From a virus (taxonomy: Duplodnaviria; Caudoviricetes), in IMG/VR virus record IMGVR_UViG_3300005336_000019, positions 12,513 through 76,512 of that record: 64,000 nucleotides of DNA; one strand, written 5' to 3'. The notes under the pieces are model-generated. The model had not been told where the DNA came from. It made no database searches and saw nothing but the letters and a program-made list of their open reading frames with translations. Both the position numbers and the translations under genes were made by a program. Within the stretch, counting starts at the first letter, position 1. Every line of letters starts with the position of its first letter. Shown one piece after another: positions 52,506 through 61,059 of the stretch.

Positions 52506-52538
52506 TGGCCCAGGCCGTCAACTCCCCTGTGATAACTT
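52506..52538 (+). promoter_or_regulatory. Box TGGCCCAGGCCG followed by TCAAC-N5-TGTGA-TAACTT promoter
   Basis: Direct reading. Confidence 0.6.
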
Positions 52539-52578
52539 GCATTTGAGATGCAAGAGATACCCTCGGAAAGGGGAAATC

Positions 52579-52617
52579 ATGCACAGTGATGTGCAGAAGG
52601 TGAGGGCCAAGGTCTGA
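52579..52617 (+). CDS. 12-aa leader ORF coupled to next gene
   Basis: RBS CGGAAAGGGGAA, ATG, TGATG overlap. Confidence 0.45.
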   Translation: MHSDVQKVRAKV

Positions 52618-52988
52618 TGGCAACGTTCGAGCAGGGTCTGGACAAGGCGTTCGAGATCGCATGGCGGCACAGTCAGAGGTCCGAGGCGATCCGCGAAGAG
52701 GTGGGCAGCGACCCGGAGAGCGTCATCGACCAGCTCCGCGTGGCCTCCTCCCACGAGGCGTTCATCGGAGCCCTCGACGTTCTGGGTTCCCTCCTGCTGC
52801 TGGCCGGGAAGATCCCGGTCTTCGCGCCCTCGACCGAGGACGAGGGTCAGACCCAGGGCTGGATCGACGGATCCGCCGCGACCGCGAACAGCCTCATGGG
52901 CTGGGCCCGGCGCAACGGCAAGGTCACCGAAGCCGAGTACGCCGGATGGTGCGCCATCAGTGGTGTCCCGGCCTCGGCTTTCCTGTAG
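52617..52988 (+). CDS. hypothetical protein (paralog family C)
   Basis: TFEQGLDKAFEIAW; VLGSLL..AGK. Confidence 0.8.
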   Translation: MATFEQGLDKAFEIAWRHSQRSEAIREEVGSDPESVIDQLRVASSHEAFIGALDVLGSLLLLAGKIPVFAPSTEDEGQTQGWIDGSAATANSLMGWARRNGKVTEAEYAGWCAISGVPASAFL

Positions 52989-53013
52989 GAATCGAGAGAG
53001 GGGAGAAGGAGAC

Positions 53014-53412
53014 ATGCAGGTGAACACGTTCATCGAGGCCGTCGACCTGGCGTTCGAGGAGGTCTGGGTACTCCAGCAGGAGAGGGATGCCTTCGAGAAC
53101 AGCGTCGGCAAGGGTGAGCTGGACGGCGAGTCGCCCGAGATGGTCAACATCTTCCGCCGGGGCGTCATCGAGCGGTACAGCGGAGCGAGCACGGTCCTCG
53201 GCTCGCTGCTGCACGCCAGCGGGAAGGTGGGGCGACGCAGCTTTCCCGCCGCGTTCCGCCCGCTCCAGCCGGACCCCTTGCAGGTCCAGATCCGCCTCGT
53301 TCAGTGGGCCCTGGACAACGGCAAGATCCAGCAGGGCGAGCACGACCAGTTCATGGCGGACGAGGGTGTCACGCAGGCGCTGAAGACCATCGGCCAGGAC
53401 TTCCTGGACTGA
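53014..53412 (+). CDS. hypothetical protein (paralog family C)
   Basis: TFIEAVDLAFEEVW; VLGSLL..SGK. Confidence 0.8.
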   Translation: MQVNTFIEAVDLAFEEVWVLQQERDAFENSVGKGELDGESPEMVNIFRRGVIERYSGASTVLGSLLHASGKVGRRSFPAAFRPLQPDPLQVQIRLVQWALDNGKIQQGEHDQFMADEGVTQALKTIGQDFLD

Positions 53413-53525
53413 GCGCGGTCATACTCGGCACCCAAGGCGACCCCCGGCAGATGCGATGCAGCCGGGGGTCGCCCATGCCCGTACCTGATCGGCATATGCC
53501 AGAGTGAAGCTCAGGCCATAGGCCG

Positions 53526-53546
53526 TCAACATCGTTGTGGTAGACT
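53526..53546 (+). promoter_or_regulatory. Promoter TCAAC-N5-TGTGG-TAGACT
   Basis: Matches 50510 and 52518. Confidence 0.6.
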
Positions 53547-53569
53547 CGTGTTCACGGAAGGGAGAAAAA

Positions 53570-53794
53570 GTGGACAAGCTGAGTGACGGGCAGCAGGTGA
53601 AGGCTGCGGCCCTTGAGGCGGCCTCACGCGTGGTGGCCGAGAACCTGAAGTTCTTCGCCCGGGTGAACAGCTACGCGACCAGCGACAACGAGGCCGAGTG
53701 GAACTCGACCCTGGCGGCGCGGGCGACCGTCAACATGGCCCGGCAGTTCGAGGCGTACCTGAACGAGCCGCAGGACTCGGCGGTGACGCGATGA
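53570..53794 (+). CDS. hypothetical protein
   Basis: RBS CGGAAGGGAG. Confidence 0.8.
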
Positions 53795-54147
53795 AGTTCG
53801 TGCACGCCCGCAGCGAGTCGATCGTGCGCCGGTACGTGAACCTCATCGACGGCCCGGAGATTCCGCACCCCGACAGTTCGGTGCGCGGCAAGAAGATCCT
53901 GCTCACGAAGGCGGAGATCCACTACGTTCTGGTCTCCGGCACCTGGCAGGTCGCCGGGCGTACCTCGCCCTCCGTCTACGCCGAGGGGTGGATCCTGAAG
54001 GCGGACGGAACGCGGTCCCAGCGTCAGTGGAAGGGGCAGATCATGACGGCCCCGGCCCGCACCGAGAACGGCTGGCTGAAGAAGCTCATCGACGGCGCCC
54101 GGCCGACCGGTTCGCCCGAGCTGCCGTTCGACGTGGCGGAGGTGTAG
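53791..54147 (+). CDS. hypothetical protein
   Basis: ATGA coupling. Confidence 0.8.
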
Positions 54148-54150
54148 ACC

Positions 54151-54522
54151 GTGGCCTTCCAGTTCAGCATGGCGCAGCGCGCCAAGGGGATCCTGGTGAG
54201 CGCCGGGCACAACACCGACGACAGCGTGACCAGGGAGATCGCGTTCGGCACCACCGAGCGCGACATCGCCTGGCGCACCCGCCAGGAGACCGGCCGCAGG
54301 GCCGGAAGTCTGGTGGTCTCCAACTCGTTCCGTGAGGACATCTTCTCCACGGAGGCCGTGACCCACGACGAGGCCCTGGTCCGGTATCAGGGCTCGCCCA
54401 AGCGCGAGGCCGACAAGCTCCGGCTGTACTGCCTCGCCCTGGAGAACTGCTCCTTCCGGGTCACCGAGGAGGACGACCCGGAGCGCGAGGGGCGCCGGAT
54501 TCTGAGGGTGGTGCGAGGCTGA
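54151..54522 (+). CDS. hypothetical protein
   Basis: High GC3. Confidence 0.8.
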   Translation: MAFQFSMAQRAKGILVSAGHNTDDSVTREIAFGTTERDIAWRTRQETGRRAGSLVVSNSFREDIFSTEAVTHDEALVRYQGSPKREADKLRLYCLALENCSFRVTEEDDPEREGRRILRVVRG

Positions 54523-54707
54523 TGGACATCCTGACCTGGATCAACACCATCATCCTTGGCGCCATCCTCGTGCTCGGCTGGTTCAAGCTGGCCAACGGCG
54601 ACGAGTCGGAGGGCTGCTGCGCGGTGATCCTGCTGTGCCTGTTCCTCGGCTTCAGCGCCCTCGGCGGCATGGTCTGGTTTGTGGGCTCCCTGATCGGATG
54701 GTGGTGA
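54522..54707 (+). CDS. small two-TM membrane protein
   Basis: Two hydrophobic helices. Confidence 0.75.
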   Translation: MDILTWINTIILGAILVLGWFKLANGDESEGCCAVILLCLFLGFSALGGMVWFVGSLIGWW

Positions 54708-55225
54708 CGGTGTACGAGAAGCCCGAACCGGTGGCGTACATCGTCCTCGGCTCCTACGTTCACCCGGAATGCGCTCGCGGCGTGACCCTGCGGCAGCAGC
54801 CGGTTTACGCGGACGAGCTTCCGGCGATCGTGTTCTGCCGTGGCTGCGAGGACCAGATCCTTCCGGCGCCCTGCGTGTTCTGCGAGATCATTGCGAAGCG
54901 CGAGCCGGTCGAGTGGATCCTGGAGCCCGACACCTGGCACGATGCAGTCGCCTTCGTCCCGCTCAACCCGGTGACGGAAGGGCACTGCCTCATTGTCCCG
55001 AAGCGGCACGTCAAGGACTTCGCGGCCGACCCCGAGACGTTCGCCGACACGGCCCGCCGCGCGGCCGAACTGATGCGGTGGACCGACCGGCCGATGAATG
55101 TGATCACCTCGAAGGGCAAGGAAGCCACGCAGAGCGTCTTCCATCTGCACCTTCACCTGGTTCCGCGACAGGAGAACGACGGCCTGGCGCTTCCGTGGTA
55201 CAGCGGAAAGAAGGCGAAGCGGTGA
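54704..55225 (+). CDS. HIT-family hydrolase with N-terminal Cys/His extension
   Basis: CVFCEI, GHCLIVPKRH, QSVFHLHLHLVPR. Confidence 0.92.
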   Translation: MTVYEKPEPVAYIVLGSYVHPECARGVTLRQQPVYADELPAIVFCRGCEDQILPAPCVFCEIIAKREPVEWILEPDTWHDAVAFVPLNPVTEGHCLIVPKRHVKDFAADPETFADTARRAAELMRWTDRPMNVITSKGKEATQSVFHLHLHLVPRQENDGLALPWYSGKKAKR

Positions 55226-55545
55226 AGCACAGGCAGGACGAGGTCGCCTACCGGATCCGCGCCGAGCTGGTCTGCTGCCACGTGTACGACGAGATCCAGA
55301 AGGAGGCGGCACGCCTGGACGCACAAGGCGTGCCCGGCCCCCATCAGGCCGCCATCGGCCGCGCCGTGATCCGGGGCGACTGGCACGACCTGTGCTACTG
55401 GGCCGAGGCCGCCGCGCAGATCGCCGAAGGCCGGTGCCCCGGCTACGAGACCGACCCGAACATCTGCCGCTGCGGCTGTGAGGGATGCAAGCACAACTGC
55501 TCGGCCCACACAGGCTGGGTCCCACCGGAGGAGTCCGATGAGTGA
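55222..55545 (+). CDS. Cys-rich hypothetical protein
   Basis: RAELVCC, HDLCYW, CRCGCEGCKHNCSAH. Confidence 0.8.
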   Translation: MKHRQDEVAYRIRAELVCCHVYDEIQKEAARLDAQGVPGPHQAAIGRAVIRGDWHDLCYWAEAAAQIAEGRCPGYETDPNICRCGCEGCKHNCSAHTGWVPPEESDE

Positions 55546-55915
55546 AGCCGCTGGTACCGGCCGGTTCCCGATGCCGAACGTCGGCTGGATCACGGCGCAG
55601 CTCCCCGAGGAGCTGTACCCGCTGTTCGGGTTCCGTGGCGAGTCCGTCCCCGAGACGGCCCGCGACGTCGTCGAGTACCTGTACTCGATCAAGTACCCGG
55701 ACGACACCGAGTACCGGATGCCGATCCTCGCGCACTACGTGCCCGACGAGGACCCGGCGGTCGCGTTCGTCATCGACGACGAGATCGAACTGGACGGCAT
55801 CCAGCTCACCGTGAAGGAGCACGTGGCCCGCGAAGTGAAGCCCGGTGGCGAAGACCCCGGATACTCGTTCCACCAGGTCACGGTGGTACTTCCCGAGGGG
55901 AGCAAGGATGGCTGA
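55538..55915 (+). CDS. hypothetical protein
   Basis: High GC3. Confidence 0.8.
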   Translation: MSEAAGTGRFPMPNVGWITAQLPEELYPLFGFRGESVPETARDVVEYLYSIKYPDDTEYRMPILAHYVPDEDPAVAFVIDDEIELDGIQLTVKEHVAREVKPGGEDPGYSFHQVTVVLPEGSKDG

Positions 55916-56444
55916 CCTCAGCCGTTACGAGGTGATCGCGGGCAGTGTCATCGTCTGCAACGACTGCCGCAACGGCGAACACCGCGAGGTGGTGCACGCC
56001 TTCAAGGGAGGCTCGTTCTCGGTCGAGGAGATGCACACCGAGATCACGATGCACGAGTGGGACCGGCATGAGCCGGAGTTCGCGGACAACGCGGGCGGCA
56101 ACGGTCTCGCGGCGAAGCGCGCCTCCGAGGCCCTGGCCGAGCACGTGGACAAGGTCGAGGACGATCTCCGCACGGACCGCTACTACGCCTGCTACCCGCC
56201 TGCGACGGCCTACCGCGACGGCATGGTCAACGGAATGGGCGGGGCGACCGGCGACATGGCCTCCCTGCTGGGGCCCGATGCGGTGCGTGCCATCGTCGGC
56301 GCTCTTGCCGAGGTCGCGGCGATGGACAAGAACTACGCCGAGCTGATCTCGGACCACAATCGCAAGACGTGCGAGGACCACACGTGCTCGATCTTCGGGC
56401 ACCTGGTGGATCTCGCCCGAGCTGTCGACGCGCAGCTCACCTGA
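55908..56444 (+). CDS. hypothetical protein
   Basis: High GC3. Confidence 0.8.
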   Translation: MADLSRYEVIAGSVIVCNDCRNGEHREVVHAFKGGSFSVEEMHTEITMHEWDRHEPEFADNAGGNGLAAKRASEALAEHVDKVEDDLRTDRYYACYPPATAYRDGMVNGMGGATGDMASLLGPDAVRAIVGALAEVAAMDKNYAELISDHNRKTCEDHTCSIFGHLVDLARAVDAQLT

Positions 56445-56489
56445 AGGACCGGGCCGCTCCCCCACAGTGCGGCCGGAAAGGAGAGGGTC

Positions 56490-57104
56490 ATGAGGTTCGC
56501 CAGAGATCTGGAGGACATCGCAAAGGAGGGACCCCAGTGGCAGGACCGGCCCGAGCGTGAGCGCATCGGCCCGGAGCGCTGGGGCAAGAGCCACTGGTCG
56601 CTGCTCGGGTACGTGGACGAGCGCGTGGTCAACTGGCACGGGCTTCTGGACTGGGACAAGGTCCAGGTCTCCCGGAAGCACTGGCCGATGCTGTACGCGG
56701 CCCGCAAGACGGCCCAGATCGGCTTCGGGCCGTTCAAGGACGGCGCCGAGTACGGGCTACGGCTGAAGCCTCCGGCTCACGGCGACCACGGAGTGATCCT
56801 CGCTGACCACTGTGAGGTCGACGCCCTAATGGACCTGGTCGACGCGGGCCTGGTGACGGTGGACATGCCGAAGGTCAGCCAGACCGGTCAGTCCTACCTG
56901 CGTCCCGACGGCCACGCGCTCAGCGACCCGAGTCCGCGTGACCTGCTCACCGGTCATGTCGAGTGGCTGCTGATGCCGTGGGCGAAGTTCGGCCTGACCG
57001 AGCGGGGCTGGCAGGTGGCTGCCGCTCTGCGGCGCCACAAGGGGGCGGGCGGCGTGTTCGCCCGGTTCGAGATGCCAAAGCTGACGGAAGGTGCAGACGC
57101 GTGA
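56490..57104 (+). CDS. hypothetical phage protein
   Basis: WGKSHWSLLGYV; LTERGW...ALRRHK. Confidence 0.85.
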   Translation: MRFARDLEDIAKEGPQWQDRPERERIGPERWGKSHWSLLGYVDERVVNWHGLLDWDKVQVSRKHWPMLYAARKTAQIGFGPFKDGAEYGLRLKPPAHGDHGVILADHCEVDALMDLVDAGLVTVDMPKVSQTGQSYLRPDGHALSDPSPRDLLTGHVEWLLMPWAKFGLTERGWQVAAALRRHKGAGGVFARFEMPKLTEGADA

Positions 57105-57337
57105 AGATCCCACCGCTCGTAGAGCTGGTGCATCAGGCGATCCTGGGGTTCGTCTCGGCCGCCGTGGTGAGCGGAGTCTGGTGGCTGGTCACCGGATCCT
57201 TCCCGGACGGCATAGAGCTGTGGGCCGGTTCGTTCACCGTGATGTGGGCCGGTTCGGTCTTCCTGCGAATGCAGAAGGCGCGCGAGGTGCGCGCTCTGCG
57301 TGAGATGTACGACCGCCCGGCCAGCGACGAGAAGTGA
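57101..57337 (+). CDS. small two-TM membrane protein
   Basis: GTGA coupling; hydrophobic. Confidence 0.75.
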   Translation: MKIPPLVELVHQAILGFVSAAVVSGVWWLVTGSFPDGIELWAGSFTVMWAGSVFLRMQKAREVRALREMYDRPASDEK

Positions 57338-57386
57338 CCAGGGGCCGCCCGCCGGGCGGCCCCTTCCGGAAAGAGAGAAGTCCAAC

Positions 57387-57842
57387 GTGAGGATGAACGT
57401 GCAGAGCACGAATAACACGCACGCGATGAATGCGCTGCGGGTGTACGACGACGGCCGCAGCGCGGCGATCGTCCTGATGGCCTCCGACGACACAGACATC
57501 GAGGACGCCCTGGGGCGGGTCTTCGAGATCCACGAGGCGCCCCGGGCGGACCTGGAGAAGGGTGCTCCGTGGGGCGCCGACGACGTCGGCGACTGCGAGG
57601 TCCGCTCCGGCGGCGTGATGCTGACCGTGGAGGGAACCGGCGGCAGCTTCATGGGCATGCGCTTCGAGGCCGCGTGGAGCACGACGTCACCGGGATGGCG
57701 CCGGGCAGCCCGTGACAACGGCTGCGTCTGGCTGGCCCTGCCGGGCCGCCCTGTGTACGACCAGATCGCCAGGGCCGTGGCATCGGGGTCCATGGTCCAG
57801 CTCCCGGCCATGCAGGTGCTGAAGCTGGAGGTGGTCCGGTGA
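57387..57842 (+). CDS. hypothetical protein
   Basis: RBS CGGAAAGAGAGAAG. Confidence 0.8.
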   Translation: MRMNVQSTNNTHAMNALRVYDDGRSAAIVLMASDDTDIEDALGRVFEIHEAPRADLEKGAPWGADDVGDCEVRSGGVMLTVEGTGGSFMGMRFEAAWSTTSPGWRRAARDNGCVWLALPGRPVYDQIARAVASGSMVQLPAMQVLKLEVVR

Positions 57843-58033
57843 GCCGCATCGACGAGCCGGTGGTGACCACCCTGGTCTGCGACTGCCGCATCAAGCTGCG
57901 AGTGAAGCCCATGCGGCCCACCTCCAAGTACGGCTGCCGGTCGAACCAGGGCCACTCCTACAACCAGCCCTGGGCCAGCTACGAGGACAACGGACGGTTC
58001 TTCGAGAACCCGCTCATTCCCGCTTCGGTGTGA
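57839..58033 (+). CDS. small hypothetical protein
   Basis: GTGA coupling; CDC...C...H. Confidence 0.7.
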   Translation: MSRIDEPVVTTLVCDCRIKLRVKPMRPTSKYGCRSNQGHSYNQPWASYEDNGRFFENPLIPASV

Positions 58034-58041
58034 CGCTCGTT

Positions 58042-58125
58042 ACGGCCGCAGTGACCAATCCTGGACACTGCGGCCGTCGGGTTTCTGCGAGGATTTCACC
58101 AGTGGCCGACAATGGAGAGCGGCCA
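58042..58125 (+). ncRNA. putative H-type pseudoknot plus hairpin in intergenic leader
   Basis: 12-bp stem, loop AATCCT complementary to AGGATT 58090-58095. Confidence 0.45.
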
Positions 58126-58145
58126 TCCGGAAGGAGAAGAAAGAC

Positions 58146-58415
58146 ATGAGCGTTCCCGTGACGGCGATCGTCAAAGCCGAGTTCAGTGACCCGGAGGAAG
58201 GCACCACGGCCACGGTCGACCGGCTGGTGATGGCCGCCTCGTACTGGAAGATCAGCGACCTCGCCCTGCGTTCGCTGATCCACCTCACGGCTCTCGCCTG
58301 CGCTTCACAGAAGGTCGTCGCCATGACGATCCCGACGGCCGCCCTCGACGAGCTGGTCCGGCGCGGCCTGGTCCGCTGCCACGCCGACCGCCCCGACACG
58401 GTGGTGCTGGTCTGA
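58146..58415 (+). CDS. hypothetical protein
   Basis: RBS CGGAAGGAGAAG. Confidence 0.75.
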   Translation: MSVPVTAIVKAEFSDPEEGTTATVDRLVMAASYWKISDLALRSLIHLTALACASQKVVAMTIPTAALDELVRRGLVRCHADRPDTVVLV

Positions 58416-58672
58416 TGGCCCTGGAGCGCATCAGCAAGATCGTCAGGACTCTGGAGAACGAGGTGGTCTACGCGGTCGGCGACCCGGAGGCAGGCACCGG
58501 TTTCCGGATGATCTGCTCGGGATGCCCCGGCAAGGACGTCGAGTACAACAGCGCCGCCGCCGCCATCCTCGGCGTCTCGTACCATGCCGAACTGGACCCG
58601 GACGAGCGCTTCGTGCCCACTACCGGGAACCCGCGCCCGGCGCCCCGTGGATCGCAGGAGGACAAGCTGTGA
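58415..58672 (+). CDS. hypothetical protein
   Basis: TGATG coupling. Confidence 0.75.
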   Translation: MALERISKIVRTLENEVVYAVGDPEAGTGFRMICSGCPGKDVEYNSAAAAILGVSYHAELDPDERFVPTTGNPRPAPRGSQEDKL

Positions 58673-59418
58673 CGGACGACACCGACTTCACCGGATGTCA
58701 CCGGGAGTGCCGCATCAAGGGCAGGCACTCCCGGGTGTGGGGTGGCTGCGAGTTCGGCATCAAGCCGGAGCCCACCGTGAGCATGTCGAAGGTGTTCACC
58801 GACACCGACGGCTACCCCTCGATCGGGTACGACTCGTACACCGTCGACCAGCTCACCGACCTGATCGAGCCCGCCCTGAAGGACATCACCGTCCACCTCG
58901 GACCGAACTCGTCGGCCGCCGTCCGGCGCGGTGAGCCGTTCCGTCTCTCCGGTGGCGAGATGTGGGCCATCGCCCGCCAGGCGGCGCACGCGATCGTGCA
59001 CCGCAACAACCCGGACCGGCCGCCTCTTCAGACTCCGTTCGCCACGCGCGTCATGGAGATCTTCTCCCTGTCGCACGCCGACAGCTACGGCGACCTGTTC
59101 TGGCGGGTCGACGACGGCGAGCTGACGCTGTACGCCAACGTCTCGGACGTCTTCGTATGGGGCGGCAGCGACGTCGAAGAGATCACCCGCGATACGCTGC
59201 CCGAGCTGGAACAGGCGTACGCCGACCTGAAGGCCGTCGGCGGGGAGTCCTTCACCGCCGAGCTGTACGCGGCCCGGCGCCGGAAGATGCGCCCGCAGGG
59301 TGCCGCCTATCCCGGCGAGGCCGACGAGGCTGGCCCGGCCGTGGCAGCCCTGTACAACGCCTGTGGGCCCGAGCGGGCCATCGACATGGGCAACCCGCAG
59401 GAACCACCGGTCTACTGA
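58669..59418 (+). CDS. hypothetical phage protein
   Basis: NVSDVFVWGGSD.E.I; R.MRPQGA.Y. Confidence 0.85.
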   Translation: MTDDTDFTGCHRECRIKGRHSRVWGGCEFGIKPEPTVSMSKVFTDTDGYPSIGYDSYTVDQLTDLIEPALKDITVHLGPNSSAAVRRGEPFRLSGGEMWAIARQAAHAIVHRNNPDRPPLQTPFATRVMEIFSLSHADSYGDLFWRVDDGELTLYANVSDVFVWGGSDVEEITRDTLPELEQAYADLKAVGGESFTAELYAARRRKMRPQGAAYPGEADEAGPAVAALYNACGPERAIDMGNPQEPPVY

Positions 59419-59472
59419 CCGGCACGGCCGCCCGGCTCAGGCCGGGCGGCTCGACCTCGCGAAGGAGAAGAG

Positions 59473-60210
59473 ATGGGCATCCGCCTGCACAAGAAACTCG
59501 GCTGGGCGCTGACCGGCCTGGAGCGTGACGAGCGCGGACGGCTGACCGATCCGCGCGTCAGCCTCGACGGCGCCAGCCGTTACGTGGAGGACTTCGCCCC
59601 GCTGTACCTGGAGTACCTGGAGGCGCTGCGCGACGCGGAGAGGCGCGGCGGCGACGACATGGAGCAGTCCGACGCCTGGTTCGACGTGATGATGTCGATC
59701 GAGATGGTGAAGGCGGCCCGCGAGAAGGACGGTGTGCTCGACTGGCCTGTGACCTGCCGCTCGGATGCTGGGCTCCGCGATCTACTGCTCATCCAGCCGG
59801 TCGGCTACAGCGGCTGGAGCCGGTACGGCGACCACATCGATCAACAGGAAGAGGCGATGCTGCACCCGGGCATCGAGCCGCGCGTGGTGCCCATGCCGTA
59901 CGGCATCTACCCCTTCGAGGGCCTGTACATGGATAGCCGCGACGGCCGGAAGCTGGACTCCACGGCCAAACGGCTCGTCGACCGGTTACTGAAGGCGGCC
60001 GAGAAGGACGACGACAAGCGTGAGGACCGCCTGAAGGCGGCCGACCACCTGGCCAAGTCGATGGGGTTCGACAACGCCGGGCACGCCCAGGAGCACGTCG
60101 CCCCCGTCGTGCCGCCCGACGTCAGGTACGTCATCTCCTGGCTGAACCTGTTCAACGGGCCCGACGTATGGCTCCAGCTCCGTCCCGTGCTCTACGTGTA
60201 CTGGAGCTGA
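59473..60210 (+). CDS. hypothetical phage protein with in-frame TTA codon
   Basis: MGIRLHKKLGW...LRPVLYVYWS; TTA at 59986. Confidence 0.85.
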   Translation: MGIRLHKKLGWALTGLERDERGRLTDPRVSLDGASRYVEDFAPLYLEYLEALRDAERRGGDDMEQSDAWFDVMMSIEMVKAAREKDGVLDWPVTCRSDAGLRDLLLIQPVGYSGWSRYGDHIDQQEEAMLHPGIEPRVVPMPYGIYPFEGLYMDSRDGRKLDSTAKRLVDRLLKAAEKDDDKREDRLKAADHLAKSMGFDNAGHAQEHVAPVVPPDVRYVISWLNLFNGPDVWLQLRPVLYVYWS

Positions 60211-61059
60211 TCAGAATGCGGTGACCCGCTTCACCGGCCCCGGGTTCCGGTCCAGGTCGACCGGCCGGAACCGGGCGCCGGGCAGAGTGCAACGCGCCTT
60301 GAGTTCTTCGCCGGACATTTCAAGGATGGCGTCGGCCTGCTCCTCGGCCGGGCCGGTGAGTGCCATGTCGCCGTAGCTCAGGCCCTCGAAGCCCGCGTGG
60401 TACGCCCGGGGCGTGAACGGGAAGGCGACGTGCAGACCCTGCTGGGCCATGTCGTTGGCCATCACGCCGTCGTACAGCGGGCCCGTGCGCAGCATGTTCT
60501 CCTCGCCGAACTCGGCCGTCACGGCGGCGCCCATCTCGGGGAAGTAGTTCGGCCGGAGCCTCTTGAGGATCTTCCCGATCCTCTCCGGCCGGTAGCTGGA
60601 TCCCCACACCTGGAAGGCGCCCGAGAGGTAGACGGCATCCGGCCGGTTCGGCACCCGCACGTCGTCGGCGAGGAAGATGTTCTCGCAGGCGCTCACCGAG
60701 TAGGCGCCCGGCGCCAGCTTGTGGGTGTCCCGGTGGAAGCCGAAGTACCCCGTGCCGATCAGGATGTCCTCTTCCAGGACGTGCACCAGGTCGTCGGGGC
60801 CCACCCAGTCCAGCGCCTCGCCCATCGCGGTGAAGACGTTGTAGCTGCCGCTCGGGTAGTCGATCTCGCGCACCTTCAGGGCCGCCCGGCCCGGGTGCGC
60901 GTACTCGAACTCCTTGGCCACGGCCAAGGTCTCCTCGTCGTGGCCGCAGTCCACGGAGAGCATGACGCGCACCCCTCCGTCCATGGCGCGGGCCAGCCGC
61001 CGCAGACATGCCGCAGCGAATCCGGCCCGGCGCCACAGGGGAACGATCACATAGTCCAC
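60211..61059 (-). CDS. Putative GT-A fold glycosyltransferase
   Basis: VIVPLWRR, LSVD, HVLEEDI (xED motif), YHAG. Confidence 0.7.
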   Translation of the reverse strand: MDYVIVPLWRRAGFAAACLRRLARAMDGGVRVMLSVDCGHDEETLAVAKEFEYAHPGRAALKVREIDYPSGSYNVFTAMGEALDWVGPDDLVHVLEEDILIGTGYFGFHRDTHKLAPGAYSVSACENIFLADDVRVPNRPDAVYLSGAFQVWGSSYRPERIGKILKRLRPNYFPEMGAAVTAEFGEENMLRTGPLYDGVMANDMAQQGLHVAFPFTPRAYHAGFEGLSYGDMALTGPAEEQADAILEMSGEELKARCTLPGARFRPVDLDRNPGPVKRVTAF

